A stretch of 31,473 nt of DNA. Origin: Elainellaceae cyanobacterium (GTDB taxonomy: Bacteria; Cyanobacteriota; Cyanobacteriia; CAZCXK01). The DNA is taken from the NCBI GenBank assembly GCA_051117555.1, contig JBNPEG010000123.1, positions 1 through 31,473 on the forward strand, read 5' to 3'. The notes beneath the pieces were generated by a model. It made no database searches. It saw only the letters and a list, made by a program, of their open reading frames with translations, and had not been told where the DNA came from. Shown here piece by piece: positions 10,537 through 20,294 of the stretch; the first letter of the stretch is position 1, and every line of letters starts with the position of its first letter. A program made the translations under genes and the position numbers.

Positions 10537-11595
10537 CTAGGAATACATTGACAATTTCTCATAGGCCATCGAAATCAACTGCTCAGTTTCGTCCCAACCG
10601 ATACATTTGTCCGTGATTGAAACGCCGTAAGCAAGTTGGCTGCGATCGCCAGAAATGGGCTGATTCCCAGCGTGCAGATTAGATTCCACCATTAACCCGA
10701 TAATGGACTGATTGCCTGCCAAAATCTGCTGAATAACTTCCATAAACACGGCAGGTTGCCGAGTATGGTCTTTATTCGAGTTGCCGTGACTGCAATCAAT
10801 CACCAAACGAGGCGGAATATCAAGGGCTGCAAACTGTTGCTCAACCCATTTCACGGTTTCAGCATCATAATTTGACTTGCCGCCCCCCCCTCGCAGAATG
10901 ATGTGCCCGTATGGATTACCTGTCGTCCTAAAGATGCTGACTTGACCGTTAGCGTTAATGCCTAAAAAGTGGTGCGGGGTCATCGACGCCTGTAGCGCAT
11001 CTAGAGCCACTTTAATGTTGCCGTCAGTTCCATTCTTAAGCCCGACCGGAACTGACAACCCGCTTGCCATTTCTCGATGGGTCTGCGATTCGATGGTGCG
11101 CGCCCCAATTGCCGACCACGAAATCAAGTCTGGAATATATTGAGGGGTGATCGGGTCAAGAGCTTCTGTACCAGCAGGCAAACCGATTTCGGCAATGTGA
11201 ATCAAAATTTGACGAGCCGTAAACAGCCCTTTTTCGATATGGAATGACCCATCTAAGAATGGATCGTTGATCAGCCCTTTCCATCCCACGGTGGTTCGAG
11301 GCTTTTCAAAGTAGACCCGCATGACAATGAGAAGTTTATCGCTGACCCGATCGGCGAGCACCTTGAGCCGTTCTGCATACTCAAGTGCTGCATTGACATC
11401 GTGGATCGAACAGGGCCCCACCACCACAAACTTACGTGGATCGTGCCCCTTAATGATGTTGGCGATCGCCTCTCTGCCCTCTAAGACAGTCTCAACTGCC
11501 GCAGGAGAGATAGGAAGCTTTTCAATCAGGTCATGAGGAGAGGGGAGGAGATGAGCGGATTCGATGTGGGTATCAATGAGCTTCCGAATAGTCAT
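10537..11595 (-). CDS. 3-deoxy-7-phosphoheptulonate (DAHP) synthase, class I-alpha (AroF/G/H type)
   Basis: GPCSIHD, RVYFEKPRTTVGWKGLINDP, AIGART.ESQTHRE, DCSHGNS and SITD.C motifs; paralog identity not assignable. Confidence 0.96.
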   Translation of the reverse strand: MTIRKLIDTHIESAHLLPSPHDLIEKLPISPAAVETVLEGREAIANIIKGHDPRKFVVVGPCSIHDVNAALEYAERLKVLADRVSDKLLIVMRVYFEKPRTTVGWKGLINDPFLDGSFHIEKGLFTARQILIHIAEIGLPAGTEALDPITPQYIPDLISWSAIGARTIESQTHREMASGLSVPVGLKNGTDGNIKVALDALQASMTPHHFLGINANGQVSIFRTTGNPYGHIILRGGGGKSNYDAETVKWVEQQFAALDIPPRLVIDCSHGNSNKDHTRQPAVFMEVIQQILAGNQSIIGLMVESNLHAGNQPISGDRSQLAYGVSITDKCIGWDETEQLISMAYEKLSMYS

Positions 11596-11938
11596 AGTCG
11601 CCGACCAAATCTTACGTGAGAGTTAATTCTAGATTGGGCACATGGGATAAGAGACGTACGTCAGGTGTAGGAGGTAGATTTGCGGTTTATACACCCCGTA
11701 CCGGATGTCTCCTTTTCAACCCTACCAGCAAATTCTCCAAAACAAATCTCTGTTTCTGTCTTTGCAACAGCCGAGCAGCCCTGAAACTAGGATCGCTAGA
11801 ATTAAGAAAGATTATCAAGGTGGAATCGTCGCTGATAGGGCTTATCTGATAGTACGTATCAGTTAACGAGTCAATGGTAGCAATCTACTAGCAACCCTCA
11901 TGAATCGGGCGATCGCCATCGTTAAGGAGTGATACGGA

Positions 11939-12691
11939 ATGTTGAAACCCATTCAAATAGTATTGATGACAGCGCTGGTGTTAATGGCTGGATGCGGGGG
12001 CGGTACCGTCTCCTCATCTGACTCTGAATCAACCGATACACCCACCGAAACCTCGGCCTCCTCTGCCGATACTGCTACCTCCACCGAGGCAAAATCTACC
12101 GAAAGTGCTGAGGAAACGACAGAGCAGGCGATCGCCAAACAGCTTTCCGACACCTTGGTGATTCCGGGAGAGCGAGTGGGGCCGGTAACCGAAAATACCA
12201 GTCGTGCAGACTTAGCAGAAATCTTTGGAGAAGAGACGCTCACCGACGAAGACGTATATATCGGAGAGGGCTTTACTGAACCTGGAACGCATGTCGAGCT
12301 GGGGCCAGAGTTTTCCTTCAAAATCGTCTGGGCAGATGATAGCCGCTCGACGCCCCTAGAGATTCGAGAATTAGGATCTGCATGGACAACGCCTCAAGGC
12401 ATTGGCATCGGGACATCCTTCTCTGAACTGCGGGATAAACTCGGTTCGTTTGAGCTGTATGGGTTTGCGTGGGACTATGGCGGTACAGTCGTTCTAGACG
12501 AAACCAACCTAGCTGACTACAGCGAATATTTGGTGCTACGAGTTCAGCCAACGGATGCAGCTCAGCAAGATACCAGTGATTATCAGGCAGTGACGGGCGA
12601 GTCCGTTTACGGATCTGACAATCCTCACTTTGACTCGCTAGATCTGACAGTGAGCGACATGATTGTGTTGCTCAACATTCCGGGTGCTTAA
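11939..12691 (+). CDS. Hypothetical lipoprotein
   Basis: Signal peptide with lipobox LMAGC, Ser/Thr/Glu-rich linker, acidic globular domain; AAGGAG ribosome-binding site upstream. Confidence 0.8.
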   Translation: MLKPIQIVLMTALVLMAGCGGGTVSSSDSESTDTPTETSASSADTATSTEAKSTESAEETTEQAIAKQLSDTLVIPGERVGPVTENTSRADLAEIFGEETLTDEDVYIGEGFTEPGTHVELGPEFSFKIVWADDSRSTPLEIRELGSAWTTPQGIGIGTSFSELRDKLGSFELYGFAWDYGGTVVLDETNLADYSEYLVLRVQPTDAAQQDTSDYQAVTGESVYGSDNPHFDSLDLTVSDMIVLLNIPGA

Positions 12692-12724
12692 TGTCCGAAA
12701 GCACCAGTATTTAGTTGGCTAAAT

Positions 12725-13420
12725 TTAGTTGGCTAATCCATGCTCTAGAGCATAGCGAACTAACTCAGTCCGACTGTTGGTTCCCGTTTTGCTAAACAAT
12801 CGGCTGACATACTTCTCGACGTTCCGAACGCTTGTATTCAACTGTCGAGCAATTTCTTTATTCATTAAGCCTTTAGCCACCAGCTCTAACACGCTTTGTT
12901 CACGAGCCGTAAAATCGAGTTTGATGGGTGGCGGAGATTGGGCGATCGCCCCTCGTTGACCCAGCATTGCTCGAATCTCAGCAATTTGTCGGGCCATCTC
13001 AGCAATATCAGGCGTTTCACCATTTCCACTCGTTGCGTCACGATTTGCCGCCTGTCGCTTAAGCAGATTCTCAACAATAGCGACCAACTCATCGGGGTCA
13101 AATGGCTTGGATAGATAAGCATCACAGCCCGCCTGATAGCCTTGAATCCGATCTGCCGTCATACCCCGAGCAGTTAGAAAAATAACGGGCAACGCCTGAA
13201 ATCGCGGATCATCCCGGAGTTGCTGTAGAAACTGATACCCATCGACTTGAGGCATCATAATATCCGAAATGACAAGGTCAGGCGAAATTTGCTGAAGCAG
13301 TTCCCAACCTTCTTGAGCGTTACTGGCAACATGAACCTCAAAGCCACTGTCCTCCAGGTAAGCCTGTACCGCTTCCCGAAGTCCAGGTTCATCATCAACC
13401 AGTAATAGCTGTGCAGCCAT
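12725..13420 (-). CDS. ycf29: NarL-family response regulator Ycf29/Rre1
   Basis: LLLVDDEPGLREAV, FLTARGMT.DRI.GY.AGCDAYL.KPFDP and RNVEKYVSRLF.KTGTNSRTELVR, characteristic of Ycf29/Rre1. Confidence 0.85.
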   Translation of the reverse strand: MAAQLLLVDDEPGLREAVQAYLEDSGFEVHVASNAQEGWELLQQISPDLVISDIMMPQVDGYQFLQQLRDDPRFQALPVIFLTARGMTADRIQGYQAGCDAYLSKPFDPDELVAIVENLLKRQAANRDATSGNGETPDIAEMARQIAEIRAMLGQRGAIAQSPPPIKLDFTAREQSVLELVAKGLMNKEIARQLNTSVRNVEKYVSRLFSKTGTNSRTELVRYALEHGLAN

Positions 13421-13606
13421 GATTATCCTCGTGTCTGAACGTGTGCATCGCTCAACCTAGAACGATCTACTCCCTATATTATCTAGTGTTCAGGAGACTT
13501 CTGGCATGATCGGTGTTGCATAAATATGTCTAGAGATAGACAATCTACACTCTTTTATTAATGCCAACTCCCGAATCAGTGAGCTGTTTTTGCATTAACA
13601 ACGACA

Positions 13607-14470
13607 TTACCCCCGGCGATCGCGCGATGTCGACACCACTTCTTGCTGAGAATCCACAGGCATCGTTTGCTCATCATCTGAGCCGTCATCGACCAGTTGG
13701 GTTCCGCACGCCCGGCAGAATTGAGCATCCGCATCATGAAACGTTAAACCACAGCTAGGGCACGGCGTTTCAACCTTATTAATAGTTTTGACCAATCGTC
13801 GAATCAAATCCCCGATCTGCCAGGGTATGAGTGCGATTCCGCTCCAAATCATCAAGATGGTCAGCAATCGTCCCGCCTCAGAAATCGGAGTAATGTCTCC
13901 AAATCCTACGGTCGTCATCGTTGCGACTGAAAAATACATCGCATCCAAAAATGTCCGAAATTCATCTGGATTTTTGGAATGTTCAACCTGATAAATTAAG
14001 CCGGAATAAATAAAAATGATGGCAAATAGGGTAAACAGAATTCGAGCAAAAATCAGGCTGTCTTCATCCGTCCAATAGCCAAACGCCGTTCTCCCACGCA
14101 AAAACCGAATCAGCTTGAGAATGCGAAACCATCTCAGAATTAAGAGAAAGCTAATATCAATCGCCCCTAAAAAAAATGGCACGATCGCCATCAGATCAAC
14201 CCACGAATATAGGCTTAAGATAAATCTCCGGCGGTTGTCTGCACTCCACAGCCTGAGAAGATATTCAACCGAAAAAATAATTAAAATTGCCGTATTGGCA
14301 ATCTGGAGTTGAAATTGAGTATCAGCCTGAATTGGATAGGTTTCAACCACAAAAATTGCAGACGAGATGAGCACTAAGCCAGCGATCGCCAGATTGACCA
14401 CGCGCCCTACAGACGTATCAAGATCGTTTAATCCTGATTGAATGGCGTGTCGTATTGTCATCCGCTGCAA
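13607..14470 (-). CDS. Voltage-gated K+ channel-type ion transporter with C-terminal zinc ribbon
   Basis: S4-like LRWFRILKLIR, selectivity filter TTVGFGD, CPSC...CRAC; true start may be the ATG at 14461. Confidence 0.9.
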   Translation of the reverse strand: MQRMTIRHAIQSGLNDLDTSVGRVVNLAIAGLVLISSAIFVVETYPIQADTQFQLQIANTAILIIFSVEYLLRLWSADNRRRFILSLYSWVDLMAIVPFFLGAIDISFLLILRWFRILKLIRFLRGRTAFGYWTDEDSLIFARILFTLFAIIFIYSGLIYQVEHSKNPDEFRTFLDAMYFSVATMTTVGFGDITPISEAGRLLTILMIWSGIALIPWQIGDLIRRLVKTINKVETPCPSCGLTFHDADAQFCRACGTQLVDDGSDDEQTMPVDSQQEVVSTSRDRRG

Positions 14471-14540
14471 ATTTCACCCAATATTCACACCCCACGTTAG
14501 CACGGCTTATGGGATAAGATAGCGAGGCACTAGTGAACAG

Positions 14541-14742
14541 TATTTCATCGGGAAAGTCCGGTAATTTTGTTGGATACCATTGCGGAATCTCTCCGCAGAC
14601 CCTCAAAAAAGTCCGGCGCTGTGCCGCAACTGTGAGTGATGGCTATAGAATTTTCTCAATCCCTTAGTGTCTCTATCATCACAAGCCAGAATGCCGATGG
14701 GATGCTTTTTCACTCTATTTCCTGCGACGCACGGGAAAGGAG
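14541..14742 (+). ncRNA. Cobalamin riboswitch with atypical insertion
   Basis: GGGAAAGTCCGGT ... TCCGGCGCTGTGCCGCAACTGT ... AAGCCAGAATGCC core motifs in the correct order, directly upstream of cbiX; boundaries approximate. Confidence 0.8.
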
Positions 14743-14749
14743 TTTGTCG

Positions 14750-15814
14750 ATGACCGCACTATCTACACCCATTACTAACGATTTTGACGCTAACAACGTT
14801 GACACATTAGTCACTGCCACCGATGCCCTGCCACCGCTTCCAATTACACGTCCAGTGTTGCTGATTGGTCATGGCAGTCGCGACTCTGAAGGGAGACAGA
14901 GCTTACTCGACTTTGCAAGTGCCTATCAGGCCCTCGATTCGTCTCGTCCAGTGGTTCCGTGCTTCTTAGAACTCACAGAACCGACGATTCAGCAAGGCGT
15001 CGACCGCTGTGTCGAACAAGGGTACACCGAACTCTCTGCCCTGCCGATTTTATTGTTTGCAGCACGCCACAACAAGTTCGATGTCACTAATGAACTCGAT
15101 CGAGCCCGGCAACGTCATCCAAACGTGACCTTTCACTATGGTCGTCACTTTGGGATTACACCAGAAATTTTGGATCTCTGGCGATCGCGCCTTGAAAGAC
15201 TCGATCAGCCTGACTGGAACCCTCAAGGGATTAGCCGCACTGATACAGTGTTGCTATTCGTCGGTCGTGGGTCTAGCGATCCAGATGCCAATGGTGATGT
15301 TTACAAACTTGCTCGAATGGTGTGGGAAGGCAGTGGCTACAACACCGTTGAAGTTTGCTTTATCGGCATTACTCATCCTCGATTAGACGAGGGTTTCCGG
15401 CGAGCCCGCCTTTATCACCCCAAGCGCATTATCGTCTTGCCATATTTTTTGTTTACCGGAACGCTGATCAAAAAAATCAACAGCATCGCTGCCGAGCAGC
15501 AAGACCAATATCCTGATATTTTGACGGTCAGCCTACCTGAGATGGGGCTTCATCCGTATCTATTTCAAACGCTGCGTCGCCGAGAAATTGAGACTCAACT
15601 CGGACAGGTGCAGATGAACTGTGAGATGTGTAAGTTTCGGCTAGCAGCAATTCACCCGTCAGATTCATCGCAGTTATCGTCACAGCATGATCATCATCAC
15701 CATCATTCACACAGCCCCGATCACGCCCACGGCCATGATCACCATCACCACGACGCGGCTGATCCCTGTGCTGACCCCAAAGACTATCATCAACGGATTT
15801 GGCAAGTTCCTTAA
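14750..15814 (+). CDS. cbiX: Sirohydrochlorin cobaltochelatase, long form
   Basis: Two CbiX domains ([21 protein letters not shown]), MNCEMC Fe-S motif and His-rich tail; start moved to ATG 14750 behind AAGGAG. Confidence 0.92.
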   Translation: MTALSTPITNDFDANNVDTLVTATDALPPLPITRPVLLIGHGSRDSEGRQSLLDFASAYQALDSSRPVVPCFLELTEPTIQQGVDRCVEQGYTELSALPILLFAARHNKFDVTNELDRARQRHPNVTFHYGRHFGITPEILDLWRSRLERLDQPDWNPQGISRTDTVLLFVGRGSSDPDANGDVYKLARMVWEGSGYNTVEVCFIGITHPRLDEGFRRARLYHPKRIIVLPYFLFTGTLIKKINSIAAEQQDQYPDILTVSLPEMGLHPYLFQTLRRREIETQLGQVQMNCEMCKFRLAAIHPSDSSQLSSQHDHHHHHSHSPDHAHGHDHHHHDAADPCADPKDYHQRIWQVP

Positions 15815-15846
15815 ACAAACTAATTATGAAGCCCAACCGATGACGA

Positions 15847-15921
15847 TAGAGCGATCCTAAATCGCTTGTGAGGTGGTTGTGAGCGGTGGGGCGGGCTCAC
15901 AACCCATCTGCGATTGCTATA
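15847..15921. mobile_element. MITE-like dispersed repeat, copy C
   Basis: TAGAGCGATC...GATTGCTATA inverted ends, hairpin GTTGTGAGC...GCTCACAAC, 22-bp identity with copy B in inverted orientation. Confidence 0.65.
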
Positions 15922-15954
15922 GGATAAGAATAAATAGAAAAGCTTTGAGGAATA

Positions 15955-16254
15955 ATGTCTGACGCAAACTCTGAAACGCCTGAATTTTCAGTGGGCGATC
16001 GCGTACGCGTGTCCAGCGTGCCCGCCTATGTCAAGACGGCTGACCCGATGCCAATGCTGCGCCCCCCCAACGTCATTCATGTGGGCGAAGAAGGCGTGAT
16101 TGTTGACCGTCGCCCCGGCAACTTTTGGAGCGTCCAATTTTCAAAAGGCACATTCTTGTTAGACAGCCAATATATTGAGCCTATTTCAGAGTCTCACGCC
16201 TCTCCCTCTTCGTCGTCAGCCAATCTTCCTGTTGAGATAGACGATCAAGAATAA
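15955..16254 (+). CDS. sipA: NblS/Hik33-interacting protein SipA (DUF3148)
   Basis: P.Y.KTADPMPMLRPP...VGEEG.I.DRRP..W.V.F.KG.FL.DSQY signature. Confidence 0.88.
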   Translation: MSDANSETPEFSVGDRVRVSSVPAYVKTADPMPMLRPPNVIHVGEEGVIVDRRPGNFWSVQFSKGTFLLDSQYIEPISESHASPSSSSANLPVEIDDQE

Positions 16255-16377
16255 CGACCTGATCTGACTTAAGAAATTGCTGCTAGCTATAGGCCCACGC
16301 GCTCACGTTAAAACATCGAACGTGTATAGAGTTCTCGCGCCACGGGAGTTCATACACAAATCTAAGCCCGTAGGGCT

Positions 16378-16419
16378 AAAATCCAAAATCTAAAATCTAA
16401 AATCTAAAATCTAAAATCT
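16378..16419. repeat. Heptamer short tandem repeat (AAAATCY)x6, STRR-like
   Basis: AAAATCC followed by five AAAATCT. Confidence 0.95.
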
Positions 16420-16722
16420 GGAATTAGTATTAGGCGAATACGCCTTTACGATCTATGCTCACGCGACGCAAGCATGGCGTAACATACGGCTAAATGAGAA
16501 AGACTTCCACGGGATTTTAAACATCTCTTCATAATCTCGCCCCATTGATAGATAGTCAGTGTCTGAGCAGAATCGAGAAAATAAAGCAGTAGATAAACAT
16601 TGATGTCGTTTTGACAACGGGCACGAGGTCGTGCACCTATAATCTCCGTAAAAGTTCCTGAGAGAACGTTGCATAACTTAATATATTTTGTTAATTTTTC
16701 ATTATCACTAAGGTGTTTAATA

Positions 16723-16914
16723 ATGTCTTCGCTCTATCAGACTCAGTTGATTAATTTTCTGCAAAATGAGTTGGCGATTCCCTCTGAAGCGATCGCCATA
16801 GCCCTTCGACGTACCGATCAGCACTCCAACTTGTTACCCGTGGTGCTGTGGCAATACGGATTAATTACAATTGAGCAGCTTGACCAGGTCTTTGATTGGC
16901 TAGACGCCATATAG
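16723..16914 (+). CDS. DUF2949 family small protein
   Basis: LI.FLQ.ELAIP..AI..A...LP..LWQYGLIT..QL..VFDWL signature; start moved to ATG 16723. Confidence 0.88.
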   Translation: MSSLYQTQLINFLQNELAIPSEAIAIALRRTDQHSNLLPVVLWQYGLITIEQLDQVFDWLDAI

Positions 16915-16998
16915 CGGTTGAGAGCATTATTCTCCCCAATAAATGAGCAGACGAAGACATCAGGTAGCATTCATTAGACTGATCAATAGACCGATCAA

Positions 16999-18063
16999 TC
17001 AGTGGCCACGCGGTTTTACGTTATGAAAGTCGGCATACTCCCATCGGTCTAACACGTCTCTGATCAGCGCCTCCTCGATCCAAACCTTAGCGACAACTGT
17101 GAGCGGTAAGGCGAGCACCAATCCCAGAAAACCAAAAAAGCTGGCAAAAAAAACTTGAGCACTGAGCGTAATGGCGGGCAAGAGAGATACCTGACGAGCC
17201 ATTACCATCGGGCTTACCCAGTAGCTCTCTAAGTTTTGAATCACGATATAGAGAATCACAATTGGAATCGCCTTCCAAATCGGTCCAAGCAAGGCAACAG
17301 ATAGAGGAAAGACCACACTCAACGCTGGGCCAATATTTGGAATAAAATTTAGCAGCCCTGCGAGTAATGCGTGAACTAGCAACAAATCAATTTGCATAAT
17401 CCACAGCCCGATGCCGCTCATCAACGCCACGAAGATAGAATTAATCAGAATCCCGCCCAACCAGTTCCCCAGCGCAACCTCGCATTCTGTCAAAATGACA
17501 TCAGCCCGTCGTCGGTAAAAGGATGGAAAAAGCCTGATCATCGCATCTCGATAGGTTTTAGGATTAGCGAGCAGCATTAGCGTCAGGGCAACAACCAGCA
17601 ACATCTTCAGCAGAACAGTCAGAGAGTTGGAGAAAAAGGCAAAGAAGTTTTGCAGCAGATTGCGAATGAGCGGCTGGAGTTGTTGAGGCAGAGTCGATAG
17701 ATCAGGCACTTCAAGCGTTAAGTCGGGAAACCAAGCAGGCGGATTCTCAATGATCTGCTCAACTCGGTTCACAATTTCTTGAATTCCGATCGGAAGAAGC
17801 TGGAGCAAGCGTCGAAACTGCTCAATAAAACTCGGCACAATCAATGCCGTAAATAAAACCGCAACGAAAATCACAAGAATCAACGTCAGCACGACGGCCC
17901 AACTTCGCCCAATTCTCAATCGTTGAATTTGGCGTGCCAAACTATTGAGAGCCGTAGCCAACACTACTGCCGTAAAAACTAGCAACAACATCTGGCGAAT
18001 CTGCCATAGGATGAATAGCGCCATCAACAGACAGAGAATCCCTAACCAATCACCGAGTTTCAC
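16999..18063 (-). CDS. AI-2E family transporter
   Basis: Multi-pass protein with LLNFIPNIGP, IQNLESY..SP and G.LGL.LALPL motifs. Confidence 0.92.
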   Translation of the reverse strand: MKLGDWLGILCLLMALFILWQIRQMLLLVFTAVVLATALNSLARQIQRLRIGRSWAVVLTLILVIFVAVLFTALIVPSFIEQFRRLLQLLPIGIQEIVNRVEQIIENPPAWFPDLTLEVPDLSTLPQQLQPLIRNLLQNFFAFFSNSLTVLLKMLLVVALTLMLLANPKTYRDAMIRLFPSFYRRRADVILTECEVALGNWLGGILINSIFVALMSGIGLWIMQIDLLLVHALLAGLLNFIPNIGPALSVVFPLSVALLGPIWKAIPIVILYIVIQNLESYWVSPMVMARQVSLLPAITLSAQVFFASFFGFLGLVLALPLTVVAKVWIEEALIRDVLDRWEYADFHNVKPRGH

Positions 18064-18087
18064 CGCATTGCTCCTGACACGTTCTGT

Positions 18088-18474
18088 CTAGCTCACTAAG
18101 GGACTACCGTGATGATGGACGAGATGCCATTTTCCTCCCATTTGCTCGAAAATATTGGTCGCGATGGTTTGAGACTCTAGCCTGCGACCTCGAATAATCT
18201 GAAGTAGATTTTCCATGAGAACGATATAAGCAAGATTGCCGACAATCTCAGTTGAAATGACATCCGTTTCGATTTCGAGGTATTGAATATTTTTGAATAT
18301 TTGTTCCCATGATGCACAAATATCGTGCCATCCCCGCAGAGCATCACGCCCCGGATGGATACAAAGGCTGCCAATTCCCTGTGACCAAACCGTCCCCATT
18401 GCAGAGATGTCTCTCTTCTCGAACGCTCGATAAAATGATTCATTGGCAGCTTGTACGCTCTGTATTTCGCTCAT
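18088..18474 (-). CDS. NTF2/SnoaL-like protein
   Basis: AN..FYRAFE..D..AM..VW, CIHPG, ATNIFE...G.W.LVHHHGS. Confidence 0.9.
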   Translation of the reverse strand: MSEIQSVQAANESFYRAFEKRDISAMGTVWSQGIGSLCIHPGRDALRGWHDICASWEQIFKNIQYLEIETDVISTEIVGNLAYIVLMENLLQIIRGRRLESQTIATNIFEQMGGKWHLVHHHGSPLVS

Positions 18475-18522
18475 TTCAGTCGTCTAAATTGTGTAATGTC
18501 GCAAGTGCAATTTTGCGAGATG

Positions 18523-18610
18523 TATCGCAATTTGCGCGTTATGTACAAAAATGGAGGTGTGAGCCGCGCCCTACACCACCGTGCTTAACTCAAGCACATA
18601 CCGCTCTATA
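18523..18610. mobile_element. MITE-like dispersed repeat, copy D
   Basis: Shares CTACACCACCGTGCTTAAC(C/T)CAAGC(G/A)CATACCGCT and a similar left arm with 4920-5009. Confidence 0.7.
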
Positions 18611-18864
18611 TTGACTTGATTTGAATGGACGAGAGCCAATCAATTGACCTCAAATAGTCGCCACAAATATTGTCACAGGTGTAGAGAATTATTCTAAATG
18701 GGATTGACTCAAAATACCTCTACCTAGCAATTAGATTAGATTCTGTTGTCAGAATAAAGACATCACAAGGCTCCCCCGGCGATTAAACACAGGGACGGAG
18801 ACGGATCAACTCATAACGACTTAAACTCAAAAACGATTCGCTAAGCGCGTGGGATACGCAGCTA

Positions 18865-19524
18865 TTATCCTGATGCAAGTTTATGCGCCTGCCGAGTGGT
18901 TTCGGGTAGCCTGTATTTTGGCGTACAGCGCATCACGTAGTCGATTGCAGTAGATAAGCTGATGCGATGCCCAGGTGAAATATAAAGGGGTTTGGTGCCA
19001 GTACGACTGCGTAGCACGGCACCGATTGTCTCGCCACGATGCCGCAGGGGTTGCCATGTTCCTTTTTCGTTGGGAATCTCATCATGAAACCCAACCAGTC
19101 GCGATTTGGCAACGCCGATAGCAGGAAGATTAGTTAGCAAACCAATATGACACGCAATGCCTAATCGTCTTGGATGAGCAATCCCCTGTCCATCACATAG
19201 CAGCAAATCTGGAACCAGAGCCAACTGCTCAAGCGCATCAAGAACAGCAGGAATTTCTCGAAATGAGAGCAAGCCTGGAATATACGGAAATGTTGTGGGG
19301 CGACGGGCGATCGCCTGTTCCTGAAGCTGTAACTCTGGAAAACTAAGCACCGCAACGGCAGCACGAGTGGTTTTGCCCGAATCTTCAAAGCCAACATCCA
19401 CCCCTGCGACTCGCTGAACGTCATCAAACTGGTCGGTAAGAATGACCTCGTGTTTGAGGTCATTTTGAAGGGCGATCGCCTCATGTTGAGTGCTGGGCCA
19501 ACGGTGCCGACGAACAATATCCAT
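18865..19524 (-). CDS. nfi: Endonuclease V
   Basis: AGVDVGF, FPYIPGLLSFRE, DGQGIAHPRRLGIA, GVAKS and YRLPE motifs. Confidence 0.97.
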   Translation of the reverse strand: MDIVRRHRWPSTQHEAIALQNDLKHEVILTDQFDDVQRVAGVDVGFEDSGKTTRAAVAVLSFPELQLQEQAIARRPTTFPYIPGLLSFREIPAVLDALEQLALVPDLLLCDGQGIAHPRRLGIACHIGLLTNLPAIGVAKSRLVGFHDEIPNEKGTWQPLRHRGETIGAVLRSRTGTKPLYISPGHRISLSTAIDYVMRCTPKYRLPETTRQAHKLASG

Positions 19525-19657
19525 AGCTAGCTCGTGGGATTAGACGGTCGTTGTTGATAATGCCGTGGGAAGAATTGATCGAGAACCTGTAGGGGCACAT
19601 CGTGCTGCGCCCAGTGCAACAGTTGTAATGGGTTTAAGAAGAATTGGTCTTGGATGG

Positions 19658-19746
19658 CAAAATGCAGAGCATTTGTAACATCAAAATGCAGAGCATTTGT
19701 AACATCAAAATGCAGGGCATTTGTAACATCAAAATGCAGAGCATTT
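19658..19746. repeat. 24-bp tandem repeat (CAAAATGCAGAGCATTTGTAACAT)x3.7
   Basis: Three full copies (one A>G change) and a 17-bp partial copy; no spacers; each unit has the inverted repeat AAATGC-aga-GCATTT. Confidence 0.95.
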
Positions 19747-20245
19747 ATGGCGAATCAGCGCTACAGTAAGTGTTGACACTGCTGACGAGATCCCCTTCTT
19801 GGCTAGTCGCATCGCGCAGCTCTCGATAGGCATCTTCGGCAGCATTAGCTTGTTCGCGCACTGGCGCGCTGTTTTGAACATCCACAGCTTGAATAAGCTC
19901 GCGCGTAGCTTTACTGGTGCTGGTATACATCGTAATGAACTGCTGCTTGTAGCGCTGTAGCTGCTGATCGTTCAGTTGAATTGCCTGCAAATCTCCCGCG
20001 GCCTGATCGACAATTTCAGCAACTTGCAGATGAGCACGCGTATCTTCAGGCTCAGTTGCCTGGGTGACCTGTTGAACTTGGTCAACAGCCCGGTTCGCAA
20101 CTTCGATTAACCGATTGCACTCGACGGCTCTGTTTTCACCACAAGCGGCAATCAGGCTGCCCACGGTGGCGATCGCCACGGCGACCGTAGGTTTTGGATG
20201 GATTGTCTGAACTATTTTTTGAACTAAATATGTACCAAACCGCAT
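19745..20245 (-). CDS. Hypothetical helical lipoprotein
   Basis: Lipobox-like IAAC after a hydrophobic stretch; helical body with ECN near the start and NTYC near the end (possible disulfide). Confidence 0.75.
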   Translation of the reverse strand: MRFGTYLVQKIVQTIHPKPTVAVAIATVGSLIAACGENRAVECNRLIEVANRAVDQVQQVTQATEPEDTRAHLQVAEIVDQAAGDLQAIQLNDQQLQRYKQQFITMYTSTSKATRELIQAVDVQNSAPVREQANAAEDAYRELRDATSQEGDLVSSVNTYCSADSP

Positions 20246-20294
20246 AAATATTGCTCCTCAAAACCGTATGGATTGCCTTAGAGCTTAAATTTGG

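Noticed and set aside
14636..14749. N-terminal extension of the cbiX ORF in the track
   Set aside because: It overlaps the riboswitch; ATG 14750 has a strong AAGGAG site.
19589..19612. GTAG-type REP (GTAGGGGCAC...TGCGCCC)
   Set aside because: Single degenerate copy with an incomplete stem.
19658..19746. Possible CRISPR array
   Set aside because: Units are head-to-tail with no unique spacers, and there are no cas genes in the window.
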